Part shown: positions 1 to 8,738 of the stretch, in pieces
Layout: each line of letters begins with the position of its first letter
Position numbering within the stretch: the stretch's first letter is position 1
Virus record (IMG/VR): IMGVR_UViG_3300033571_009591
Span: 20,216-84,215 of that record
Direction: 5' to 3' (one strand)
Origin: a virus
DNA: 64,000 nucleotides
Translations under genes and position numbers: made by a program
Notes under the pieces: generated by a model
Told to the model about the DNA's origin: nothing
The model's database searches: none
What the model saw: the letters and a program-made list of their open reading frames with translations, nothing else

Positions 1-125
1 GAAGCCAGCGGCAAAAAAGAAGACCAAGTAACAACAACTTTGGTAAGTCCCCGTCCCAGGTAAAACATATCCAAAATATATCTCTGGGGCGGGGCTTATC
101 ATTCGAAGGGTAGCAAAAAGTAAAA

Positions 126-1034
126 ATGTCTGAAACGGTTCCATACGGCGGCAAGGAAGAGGAAGACCCAAGTCTTTCCCTACCTGACATTTCCATCCCC
201 TATGACTTGCGGCCAGACCTTTCCGACCTCGGAATGATTGAGCATGAGCGCGGCGTCTGTGAAGATACCTACGAAAACCGCGCCGCTCTCAGAAGAGCAC
301 ATTTAAATTGGGACCCCGTCTATGATCAGATGGGTGCGCCAACGGGCTTGATAGTGGCACGGTCAGAAGAAGCGATGAAAGAACGGCGAGTGATGTCGTT
401 GGCGGAAAAGCGTCCGCTTCTCCTGGACCCAACTAGCAACAACTCAGATTATTTAACGGGCCTCGACCTGATGCTTGAAGATTCAGCGGTGAAGGTAACG
501 CCACCTTGGGTTATCGGCGCGACTAAGGCTTGGCTTGAGGAACAGCGTAACGGCGGCCCGAAGAGTCCACGGCGTGCCCCTGCTAGTCTACCACACCGTT
601 GTCGAATTGTCAAGACGGACGGTATCCGCTGCATGCTCTGGACATCGGGACGGGTTAAAGATGACGGCTTGTGCCGCGTCCATCTACGAACAACTAGACG
701 GCCTGGAGCTGACATCGAGCGAGCGCGAGCGAAGCTGGTTCAGTCCGCCCCATACGCGGTTGATGTTTTGGAAGACATTATGGAGAACGGCCAGAGCGAA
801 CCCGCTCGCCTCAAAGCCGCTACAGAAATCCTTGACCGTGCTGGTGTGAGAGGCGGCGTGGAGATGGACATAGGTGTTGATGTCCAAGTTCGCTCAGCCG
901 CTGAGATTGTCAACGAAAGATTACAACGGCTTGCCCTAGGAGCAATTCACGCAGCGGCTAGGTTGCCAGATGCCCTAGTTGTTGATGCCGACCCTGTAAT
1001 TGAAGATTCAACTACTACCGAGGAGATAGCATGA
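126..1034 (+). CDS. probable terminase small subunit / Zn-finger DNA-packaging protein
   Basis: C-x8-C-x13-C-x2-H finger (RCRIVKTDGIRC...LCRVH) followed by the helical motif AVDVLEDIM...RLKAATEILDRAG typical of actinophage small terminases. Confidence 0.55.
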   Translation: MSETVPYGGKEEEDPSLSLPDISIPYDLRPDLSDLGMIEHERGVCEDTYENRAALRRAHLNWDPVYDQMGAPTGLIVARSEEAMKERRVMSLAEKRPLLLDPTSNNSDYLTGLDLMLEDSAVKVTPPWVIGATKAWLEEQRNGGPKSPRRAPASLPHRCRIVKTDGIRCMLWTSGRVKDDGLCRVHLRTTRRPGADIERARAKLVQSAPYAVDVLEDIMENGQSEPARLKAATEILDRAGVRGGVEMDIGVDVQVRSAAEIVNERLQRLALGAIHAAARLPDALVVDADPVIEDSTTTEEIA

Positions 1035-1201
1035 CTACGGACAACAATATCCAACTAATGACAGCGGAAGTAGAAAGACTTACCAATGCCATCAAACTAA
1101 GCAAGAACCGTGAAGAACATATACAACTGACAACGGAAGCAAATGAAGCAGCCTCAATACTGTCAGCGCTTATAGAGCACTCTCAAATTGGAAAAGAATA
1201 A
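1031..1201 (+). CDS. hypothetical protein (56 aa)
   Basis: AGGAG RBS, ATG overlaps previous stop (ATGA). Confidence 0.45.
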   Translation: MTTDNNIQLMTAEVERLTNAIKLSKNREEHIQLTTEANEAASILSALIEHSQIGKE

Positions 1202-1213
1202 AACAAACGCCAA

Positions 1214-1309
1214 ATGAAAAAAGAACTAAAGGATTGTTTCTGGTGCGGCGAGACTTATGGAGCCGACACAAAGAACTGTCCCAACTGCGCAACAAAGACG
1301 GACAGCTGA
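1214..1309 (+). CDS. small Zn-ribbon protein
   Basis: CxxC...CxxC in 31 aa (CFWC, CPNC). Confidence 0.35.
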   Translation: MKKELKDCFWCGETYGADTKNCPNCATKTDS

Positions 1310-1488
1310 GCTAGCGGCCAGAGTTCCTGAGTTGTTTCTAGTTGAACGGGCATCACAGCTTTCTGCAGTAGATTATTGTTCATAATGTATTACGGTTAGT
1401 ACAACCTTAGAATTAACCCTATACACAACGGCCTGCCTAATGGACGCCTGATTTGCATCAACGGCCTGACGGATGTACTCTGCGATTC

Positions 1489-1627
1489 TTGCTAGATGAC
1501 GGTCAACATAGAGGTTTCTGGGTTAATGATTTTCCCTTGTGATCTATGAAGGACGGTCATCACGGAGTTCTAGGTCGGAACCGCCACTTTCTCTCCTAGT
1601 CGTACCTGCCGTCATCTAGCTCCTTTT
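1489..1627 (+). ncRNA. candidate structured small RNA
   Basis: TTGCAT-17-TACTCT (1453-1481) upstream; 12-bp closing stem GCTAGATGACGG (1491-1502)/CCGTCATCTAGC (1609-1620); inner CATAGA/TCTATG stem; no ORF. Confidence 0.5.
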
Positions 1628-2038
1628 AAAATTAACGGCGTGCCCAGAGCTCAGCGGCCCGCCCACATCCAAACAACTTCTTGAAGCCGACAGCGATCCA
1701 CTGGAGGTGGGACGCCAGGTATCACTTCCAAACAACTTCTTTTAAAACGGTAGCTACCGCAGCTGATTTAGCAAAAAGTAAAAACGGCTTGCAGCTGTAA
1801 GCGGCCCGCCAGGAACCGCGAGTTGTTTGTAGTTTCATATGGCGGCCAGACAAACCTCCGCCTACACCTCCTCCACCTCCACCTGCAACAAAAAATTTAA
1901 CGGCGTGCTAGACTCCGCTTTGCGACTTCAGTCGCAAAGTGAACTACAGACAACTTAACAACTTTGGATAGCGGCCTGGTAGCTGCACGGTTGCAAAAAG
2001 TAAAAGCGGCCTGGTAGAAGCGCCCGATATATAACGGT

Positions 2039-2302
2039 GTGTCTTCGTTGACAGTAAGCCAACGGTGCCTTAAAGTAGTGGGCATGCTAGTGGAGTTGTA
2101 TGTACTCAGCCGTGTAGTCAAAGCCAGGAAAGCGCGACAAGCATTAGCGGATGCTGAAGAGTACGAAGACGATGACGGATATCGCTATCCTGCCTACTTC
2201 CACTGTCGACGGTGTAAGAACCAGATGGACAAGATGCGCATCGAAGAACAACTTCAGGGATGGAAGAGGACTGGTGACGGTGGAGAAGAAATTCTCGATT
2301 GA
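2039..2302 (+). CDS. hypothetical protein, N-terminal hydrophobic segment (true start probably ~2084)
   Basis: ORF track; CxxC near C-terminus. Confidence 0.4.
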   Translation: MSSLTVSQRCLKVVGMLVELYVLSRVVKARKARQALADAEEYEDDDGYRYPAYFHCRRCKNQMDKMRIEEQLQGWKRTGDGGEEILD

Positions 2303-2477
2303 TGCAAGAGGAGTCCCATCGCCGGTCTGCCCCAATTGCGGATGCATGCTCTTAAGAATTACAGTTCAGTTCGAATTAGATAATTATGAAATTTCTGGAT
2401 ACCTATTAGATGACGCTGAGTGTTCGTCATGCGGATGCCTCATTACCGCCCCCACTCCCATCGACCACATTAGTTAG
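2151..2477 (+). CDS. Zn-ribbon protein (true start probably ~2274)
   Basis: CPNCG...CSSCG motifs in C-terminal part. Confidence 0.5.
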   Translation: MLKSTKTMTDIAILPTSTVDGVRTRWTRCASKNNFRDGRGLVTVEKKFSIDARGVPSPVCPNCGCMLLRITVQFELDNYEISGYLLDDAECSSCGCLITAPTPIDHIS

Positions 2478-2544
2478 TTAACTTGACAACACGTCAATGG
2501 TGTACTAGTATGTATACATACCAATAGGACTAGAAGGGGATCAG

Positions 2545-2724
2545 ATGAATTACAAGGGAGTAGAGGTAAAGACTTTTATCTCATGCTACGAATGCCGAGA
2601 AGTTATTAGTAACTCCAAAAATGAAAAGGAAGTTACTTATCCTGACGGTTACCTTTACGCGGTTTGCGTAAAGTGCGCAGACTCTTTAAGTACACATCTG
2701 GATTTGACACTACCAAAAAAATAG
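2545..2724 (+). CDS. small Zn-binding hypothetical protein
   Basis: promoter 2483, GAAGGGGA RBS, CYEC...CVKC. Confidence 0.6.
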   Translation: MNYKGVEVKTFISCYECREVISNSKNEKEVTYPDGYLYAVCVKCADSLSTHLDLTLPKK

Positions 2725-2762
2725 TTATACTTGGAATACACACTCAAGCAAAGGGGATATAA

Positions 2763-2942
2763 ATGAATACAACTACTCAAGTAACAGCATTACCTCAGTG
2801 CGATATCTGCACGGGACAAACTGCTAAGTACGATGCAATGACATCTAGAGGTCCATGGGCCTACATGTGTCAAGAATGTTTTGGGGACTACGGCGTGGGC
2901 CTTGGTCTTGGAAGAGGACAGGAGTTATTACTATGCAAGTAA
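2763..2942 (+). CDS. conserved small phage protein
   Basis: promoter 2704, AAGGGG RBS; CDIC...WAYMCQEC...GVGLGLGRGQ motif. Confidence 0.65.
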   Translation: MNTTTQVTALPQCDICTGQTAKYDAMTSRGPWAYMCQECFGDYGVGLGLGRGQELLLCK

Positions 2943-3181
2943 AAGATTTGATTAACGCACTTACAGAGTACTACAAACCAACTGATGAACTTGTAGTACT
3001 TTTCTACAGCAAAGATGAATTCGCTTTTGATGATGATGAGGAACTGGTCCTCACTGATGAAGGCTGGAACGAGATTGTAAAAGTCATGCACGAAAAGGGT
3101 GGCTTGGATTCTCCCGACCAATACATTACAGATTACATTAGGGACTTAGCAGGCGAGCACGGCGAGGAACGGGGAGAGTAA
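2933..3181 (+). CDS. hypothetical protein, paralog of 12261..12491
   Basis: MQVKDLINAL..Y.PTDELVV resembles MKVRELVSQL..Y.PDDEIIV. Confidence 0.65.
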   Translation: MQVKDLINALTEYYKPTDELVVLFYSKDEFAFDDDEELVLTDEGWNEIVKVMHEKGGLDSPDQYITDYIRDLAGEHGEERGE

Positions 3182-3387
3182 TGAAAGTTAAAATTAGTCT
3201 TGAACAGATCATAGATATAGATGATGCCATGTCTAACGATATAGGGTTTGAAATGTACGGCCCTAAAGATATGAGCACTGAAGATAAAGTGGATTATCTA
3301 ATGGCTCGCTTTGCTGAAGATATAGACACTATGGTTAAGTACGATGAAGTGTTAGGCAACATCTCTATAGAATATATAGAGGATTAA
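3181..3387 (+). CDS. hypothetical acidic protein
   Basis: GGGGAG RBS, TAATG coupling. Confidence 0.6.
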   Translation: MKVKISLEQIIDIDDAMSNDIGFEMYGPKDMSTEDKVDYLMARFAEDIDTMVKYDEVLGNISIEYIED

Positions 3388-3980
3388 ATGTTGACCTGTA
3401 ACTGGTGCGGTGACGAGATGAAGGCAGGCGTGTACGAGATACACAGATGCCTACAAGACGGTGAAGCCGAAACGGCTAGCGCTGAGTAAGTAAAAGATTC
3501 GTACACCAATTCCATTGTGGGTTACTGGTAGACGAAGTACGGCAAGACGGCGTGTCCATAACGGGCACGCTTTTTTGTTGCCCGAAAACTGAAGTCGCCC
3601 TATAACCTGGAACGGGCAAGCGAAGTTGTTTGTAGTTATGCAGTGATCGGATGCATTTAGCAAAAAGTAAAAAACGGCCTGGATACCTGGATGCTGTCGA
3701 ACAACGTTGAGTTGTTTGTAGTTGTGAAACGGATCTTAGCTGGACTGAACGAAACGGCAAGGTTGAGTGGCCTCGACTCAACTTGACTGACGGCATGCCT
3801 TAGTGCTAGTATGTACCCATGAACAAGAAAGACGCACTCAACGGACTCCTTCGCATGAAGGGACGCTTTGTGCTGAACCAAAGTCCGAAGGTCTTTGCGG
3901 ACAAGAGGACAAAGCGAAACCGCACGCGCTCTGACAAGAAGCGCCGTGCCCTAGATGAACAGGAATAGGAAAAAGTAAAA

Positions 3981-4142
3981 ATGTCACACACATACTTTGC
4001 CGTTGACGGGTCTTACGGAAACGGAGTAGACATCCTCGTTGTTGATACTTCGAGTTGGACGGAAGCGGATTGGGACGCGGTTGATGAAGCCAGCGACTCT
4101 GAAAGAATTGAAGTTGCTCGTAACTTGACAATCAAGAAATAA
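3981..4142 (+). CDS. hypothetical protein (53 aa)
   Basis: ATG directly after motif A G-variant (AGGAAAAAGTAAAAATG). Confidence 0.55.
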   Translation: MSHTYFAVDGSYGNGVDILVVDTSSWTEADWDAVDEASDSERIEVARNLTIKK

Positions 4143-4204
4143 AATGAGATACTTGGTTGTTGAACAGTTATTAAACAAAACTAGGGGAATAGGAAAAAGT
4201 AAAA

Positions 4205-4468
4205 ATGGAAAAATACCAAATAATCGAAGAACGCTGGAACGCTGGGTACTACGCTCAACTTGAAGGCGCAACAATCCTAAAGTTTTTAGGAACTGAACCT
4301 GAGTTTGCGAGTCGAGGATTTCCAAGATTTTCCGCAAAACTAAAAAATGGTGAAGTAGTCGAACTTGTTTTATCTCAAGATGAAGAAGGTAATGGTGGGG
4401 GATTTATGTTCGGTCTTCCTGACTACACACTTCCCGAGTTTCGTACTGACTTGACAGAATCAAAATAA
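4205..4468 (+). CDS. hypothetical protein
   Basis: promoter 4125, RBS; SQDEEGNGGG motif. Confidence 0.65.
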   Translation: MEKYQIIEERWNAGYYAQLEGATILKFLGTEPEFASRGFPRFSAKLKNGEVVELVLSQDEEGNGGGFMFGLPDYTLPEFRTDLTESK

Positions 4469-4509
4469 AATGCGATAATTCGCTAACAACAACAAAAGGG
4501 GGAAAACAA

Positions 4510-4698
4510 ATGGTAGTAATTGGATATAACGTTAAGTTCTTAAATTGGATGTCATTACACAACAGTTACAATTTTGTAAGTCTTGAAGTCGCAACAGAGT
4601 TCTGTAAGAAATACGAGCGATTCGGCTATACATCAGAGATCAACACAATTTGGGCGCAAGAATCTGTAAGCCCTTCAGTCGAAATTTCGGTGGCATAA
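4510..4698 (+). CDS. hypothetical protein
   Basis: promoter 4451, AAGGGGG RBS. Confidence 0.6.
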   Translation: MVVIGYNVKFLNWMSLHNSYNFVSLEVATEFCKKYERFGYTSEINTIWAQESVSPSVEISVA

Positions 4699-4952
4699 TG
4701 ACTACAAAAGCAAAGTGCTTGGCATTAGCCGAACAACACGGCATTGAGATTGAAGTAAGCAAAAACTATGATTATGAGTATAGCCTCTCAGTACCGAAGG
4801 GTTATCAACTCGAGGATTTTGATGGTGCCAGAAGTGGACTTTCAATGTGCGACATACCATCAGCCAAAGAACTCTGGAAAGATATTTACTCTGACTTAAA
4901 CACAATGATTAACTATAAGCCTTGGCATAAAGTTTCACAAGGTTGGGAGTAA
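4698..4952 (+). CDS. hypothetical protein
   Basis: TAATG coupling, internal start MTTKAK of ORF 4650..4952. Confidence 0.6.
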   Translation: MTTKAKCLALAEQHGIEIEVSKNYDYEYSLSVPKGYQLEDFDGARSGLSMCDIPSAKELWKDIYSDLNTMINYKPWHKVSQGWE

Positions 4953-5320
4953 TCATCATGATTACAACAATAATCGCAGGAACTTTTCTTGGGGATTGGC
5001 AACCAGCCTCGGAAGATTGGTTTGCTAGTGCTGAACAAGGAACAGAGGACGCTAGTTGGATTGACCTAATCAACAAACTCTATGATGCTCCACAAATAAA
5101 AAGTGGAAAAGGATTTAGAGTAAAAGTTGAACTTACTGAAAACGAGGCTGAACTTCTCAAAGGAGAGGCAAAGTATCGTATGGAGTATTGGTCTTTGATG
5201 TATCAAGATTGTAAAGCAGATATAGATAGGAACGCCCACACCTGCGCCAAAAAACTTTACCTAAGTTTAGGTGGGGTTGTTACAGAAAAAATGTCTAGAC
5301 AAATGGGCATTAAAGTTTGA
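4943..5320 (+). CDS. hypothetical protein (start probably 4958)
   Basis: ORF track, GGGAG RBS. Confidence 0.6.
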   Translation: MGVIIMITTIIAGTFLGDWQPASEDWFASAEQGTEDASWIDLINKLYDAPQIKSGKGFRVKVELTENEAELLKGEAKYRMEYWSLMYQDCKADIDRNAHTCAKKLYLSLGGVVTEKMSRQMGIKV

Positions 5321-5515
5321 TTTGACAGAAACAAAATAAAGTTTTATACTTGGAGCTAACAAACTAAAAAGGGGAAATAAATGATTACAGTTACAAGCCA
5401 TCAGTTAAAGATCTGTATCGAAGCCTTGAAAATGGCAGAGGCTACAGAAAAAAATGACTCGAAGTTTGGGTCAGTTCTTGACGACCTACTACTCAAGACA
5501 GGAGAGTGATAACAA

Positions 5516-6184
5516 ATGCCAAACTGGGTTTTTAACGACCTTCACATTGAGGGAAGCAAAGAGGCTATACAAAAAGTAAAAGCGCAACTCAATGCGCCAT
5601 ACACTAGGAACACCACAGAGGGAGAAGAAGTTATTTACAGTAATCCTGTAATCTCTTTCTTAAACATAGTTCGACCACCCGAAGACAAGATGGACGAATA
5701 CGAAGGCGTACATGGTTACAAAGATGGCGAGAAGCAAGGGCAAGGCGAGTTCAACTGGTACAACTTTAATAATCGCGAGTGGGGAACAAAGTGGGATGTC
5801 GCAGTTCATGATGGCGAGAAGCACTCAGACACTCAACTCAACCAAGAAGAAGAAACCAAACTTCACTACTACTTCCAAACTGCGTGGTCACCACCACTTC
5901 CAGTAATCGAAGCCCTCTCACTTCAGCACCCTGAACTAGAAATAACTTTGAGGTATGAAGAAGAGCAGGGCTGGGGTGGAGAAATCTACTGGGATAAAAC
6001 TGGCTCGACTATTGTCGAAGAGTGGGACATACCTGACTCTCACGCAGATTATGTTAAGAAAGATGATGTTGATGGCTGTGTCTGCTCTAGAGAAGAAGAT
6101 ACAGATGAGTGGTATGACGATTGCCCCGGCAAAAAAACTATCATTGAACTTCACGCCAAGCGTGATGTGGTTCAACTCAAATAA
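5516..6184 (+). CDS. DUF1281/YubB ferredoxin-like family protein
   Basis: MPNW..N.L.I.G, WY.FN..EWGTKWD, F.TAWSPP signature motifs. Confidence 0.8.
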   Translation: MPNWVFNDLHIEGSKEAIQKVKAQLNAPYTRNTTEGEEVIYSNPVISFLNIVRPPEDKMDEYEGVHGYKDGEKQGQGEFNWYNFNNREWGTKWDVAVHDGEKHSDTQLNQEEETKLHYYFQTAWSPPLPVIEALSLQHPELEITLRYEEEQGWGGEIYWDKTGSTIVEEWDIPDSHADYVKKDDVDGCVCSREEDTDEWYDDCPGKKTIIELHAKRDVVQLK

Positions 6185-6273
6185 AAATCCTTAGCAAAAA
6201 GTAAAAATAAATGGATTTGACAATCCATAAAAAACCTTTATACTTGAACCAACACCTAAGAAAGGGGAAGCAA

Positions 6274-6501
6274 ATGGAAATGAAATCAAAATCGTTTCTT
6301 GTTACTGTTTATTATCGAGGTAGTGATTTAGTCGCTGACACTAATCAAAGTGATTATGACTACGACCTCTCTACTAGCAAAGTAATTCGTGACCACCTAG
6401 AGGAGATTAACGAGGACACTAGCATTGTTGATGTTGCCATTGACACTAACTATCCTCGTATTCTAGAAGTTATGGACAGACAGATAAACGACCCTCTATA
6501 A
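6274..6501 (+). CDS. hypothetical protein
   Basis: promoter 6217, AAAGGGG RBS before ATG 6274. Confidence 0.6.
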   Translation: MEMKSKSFLVTVYYRGSDLVADTNQSDYDYDLSTSKVIRDHLEEINEDTSIVDVAIDTNYPRILEVMDRQINDPL

Positions 6502-6565
6502 AAGGATTTGACAATCTGTAAAAAAGTGCTAGACTCAGATCAACACCTACAGAAAGGGGAACAAA

Positions 6566-6931
6566 ATGGGAGACAGAGCAGTAGTTGGATTTAAGGCAAA
6601 TGCTGAAAGTCCAGTTATTTATCTTTATTCACATTGGGCAGGTTCAGACATGGACTTCCTATTAGCACAGGCACTAGAAAAGGCAGAGCCTCGTTGGAGT
6701 GACTCAGACTATGCGACTCGTATAGTTATTTCACACTTGATTTCAGATGATTGGAAATCACTAACAGGCTGGGGTATCTCAGTAAATACTTTCGCTTACC
6801 CTGACTATCAGACAATTAAGGTAGTCGAGTGGAGTGAGGGGATTGTTTCTGAACGCCTCACAGATAGCCCTGACACAGTAATTCATACAGACACCTTCGC
6901 AGATTTCGTATCAGCGAAACAGAAAGTCTAA
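6566..6931 (+). CDS. conserved phage early protein
   Basis: MGDRA...IYLYSHWAG motif; promoter 6508. Confidence 0.7.
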   Translation: MGDRAVVGFKANAESPVIYLYSHWAGSDMDFLLAQALEKAEPRWSDSDYATRIVISHLISDDWKSLTGWGISVNTFAYPDYQTIKVVEWSEGIVSERLTDSPDTVIHTDTFADFVSAKQKV

Positions 6932-7035
6932 GACACGCACGATTGAGTGGGCTAGATGGATTTGACACTAGCCACTCTATCGTGTTAAACTCAGCCCAGC
7001 AAGAACCCAAGACACAATGACAAGGAGAACACCCA

Positions 7036-7497
7036 ATGTTAGACAAAGAAAAGAAAGTTCAAGGCATAGCAGTTTATGCTGAGTTTCGTCGAGCAGGTCA
7101 AACAATGCAGTTAATTGTTACACCTGACGCATACACAACAGAAGGCAATTTAGTTCCAATGACTTTAATTCGCCGAATTGTTACCAAAGAAACACCTAAG
7201 AAACAATGGAAGAATTCAACTCTTCGTGGACTAGACCTTAATGAAATTATTTCAGAAAAAAGAACTGTATCTGACTCAGACAAAAATGAGTTCACAGAGA
7301 AGCGCATGCGACATGCTATTCATTTCTTTGATCAAATTATTAGTCAAGGTTGGACTATCGAGCAGAAACCAATTCTCGTTGAGGTATCACGCCACGACGC
7401 AGATGATTTAATTAAAGGCAAGACACCAAACAAAATAATCTATCGCGTTCACATTTCTCGTAAAGCCTTAGGCTTTCCTGAATTAGTGGCTGCGTAA
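7036..7497 (+). CDS. hypothetical protein, first gene of AAA/VWA operon
   Basis: promoter 6962, AAGGAG RBS. Confidence 0.7.
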   Translation: MLDKEKKVQGIAVYAEFRRAGQTMQLIVTPDAYTTEGNLVPMTLIRRIVTKETPKKQWKNSTLRGLDLNEIISEKRTVSDSDKNEFTEKRMRHAIHFFDQIISQGWTIEQKPILVEVSRHDADDLIKGKTPNKIIYRVHISRKALGFPELVAA

Positions 7498-7511
7498 GGG
7501 GGGATATAAAA

Positions 7512-8567
7512 ATGGAAAATCTTAAAGAGCGTTTCGACGCACTCACACCAAATCTAACACCAACACTATGGGATACCATTGTGGATGTTGCCTCACAAGG
7601 AGTCAATGAAAACGCAGGGCTAATCCTTAATGGAAGTGTTCTTCCACAAGGTCGTTATGTTGAACGCGCACTTGGCGCAGACAGAGCCCCACGCAAATCT
7701 AAGATGGCTATGGCAGGTGGCATTGTGGAAAATCTCGAAGGCGAAGAGCAATACCTTCGACCAAATGGCACACCATACTTCTCTCGTTTATGGGGAGAGC
7801 ATAGAGATGTAGAAACTTTGCGCAAAGCAAGAAGCGCAACTGCGATTTCTAATTCAACAGGTAAAGGCTCTGCTATGTATCCTTTACTTTATGGCGCACC
7901 CGGTTGCGGAAAAACTGCCCTTATTGAAGCAGCGTATGGAACTAATGTTCGTACTTTGCTAGGTAATGGAGATGTTGAAGCAGCAGACATGATTGGTTCT
8001 TATGTTCAAACTCCAAGTGGAAACTTTGAGTGGGTAGATGGTGACCTAGTGAAGGCTGCGGAAAATGGCGAAGTTTATTTCATTGACGAAATTGGTTTGA
8101 TTGACCCTAAGGTTCTCGCACTCGTGTATGGACTTATGGATGGTCGTCGTGAATTAACTATCACTACAAATCCTGAGCGAGGAACTATCAAGGCTCATCC
8201 TGATTTCTTCGTAGTAGCAGCGACAAATCCAAACGCACCCGGCGTTCGTTTATCTGAGGCGTTGCTATCTCGTTTCACACTTCAAGCAGAAATGACAACA
8301 GATTGGAATCTCGCTCGCAAATTAGGAGTACCAACAATTGTTGTAACTGCTGCTCAGAATCTTTATCGTAAGCAGATGAACAAGGAAGGCATTTCTTGGT
8401 CACCACAAATGCGCGAACTTCTAGCGTTTCGTGACATAGCAGAAACCTTTGGAACTGCGTTCGCACTTTCAAATCTAATCGCTGCTGCTCCACAGAACGA
8501 CAGAGCAAGTGTGGCTGATGTTCTTTCCCGTGCCTTTGGGGAAGAGATGAAGCCAGCCAAAATCTAA
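7512..8567 (+). CDS. MoxR/CbbQ/CobS-like AAA+ ATPase
   Basis: Walker A GAPGCGKT, Walker B YFIDE, ATNP sensor, LLSRF arginine finger. Confidence 0.9.
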   Translation: MENLKERFDALTPNLTPTLWDTIVDVASQGVNENAGLILNGSVLPQGRYVERALGADRAPRKSKMAMAGGIVENLEGEEQYLRPNGTPYFSRLWGEHRDVETLRKARSATAISNSTGKGSAMYPLLYGAPGCGKTALIEAAYGTNVRTLLGNGDVEAADMIGSYVQTPSGNFEWVDGDLVKAAENGEVYFIDEIGLIDPKVLALVYGLMDGRRELTITTNPERGTIKAHPDFFVVAATNPNAPGVRLSEALLSRFTLQAEMTTDWNLARKLGVPTIVVTAAQNLYRKQMNKEGISWSPQMRELLAFRDIAETFGTAFALSNLIAAAPQNDRASVADVLSRAFGEEMKPAKI

Positions 8568-8738
8568 GGACACCCCCGTCCTAGATTGAGGTGAGGGGTC
8601 GAGGGTTGAGCGTGGTTCTTGGGTGTCCTACGCTCCCCTCGACACTTCCAAAATGGATTTGACAATAGAAAATTAAAATGAAATAATTGCTTTATTAGGT
8701 CGGAAGCCTAGTAACTAAAAAGAAAAGGGGTAAGAAAA

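Noticed and set aside
1560-1590. tRNA (GTTCTAG...CCGCCA)
   Set aside because: No T-stem, anticodon arm or acceptor pairing; I found no convincing tRNA in the window.
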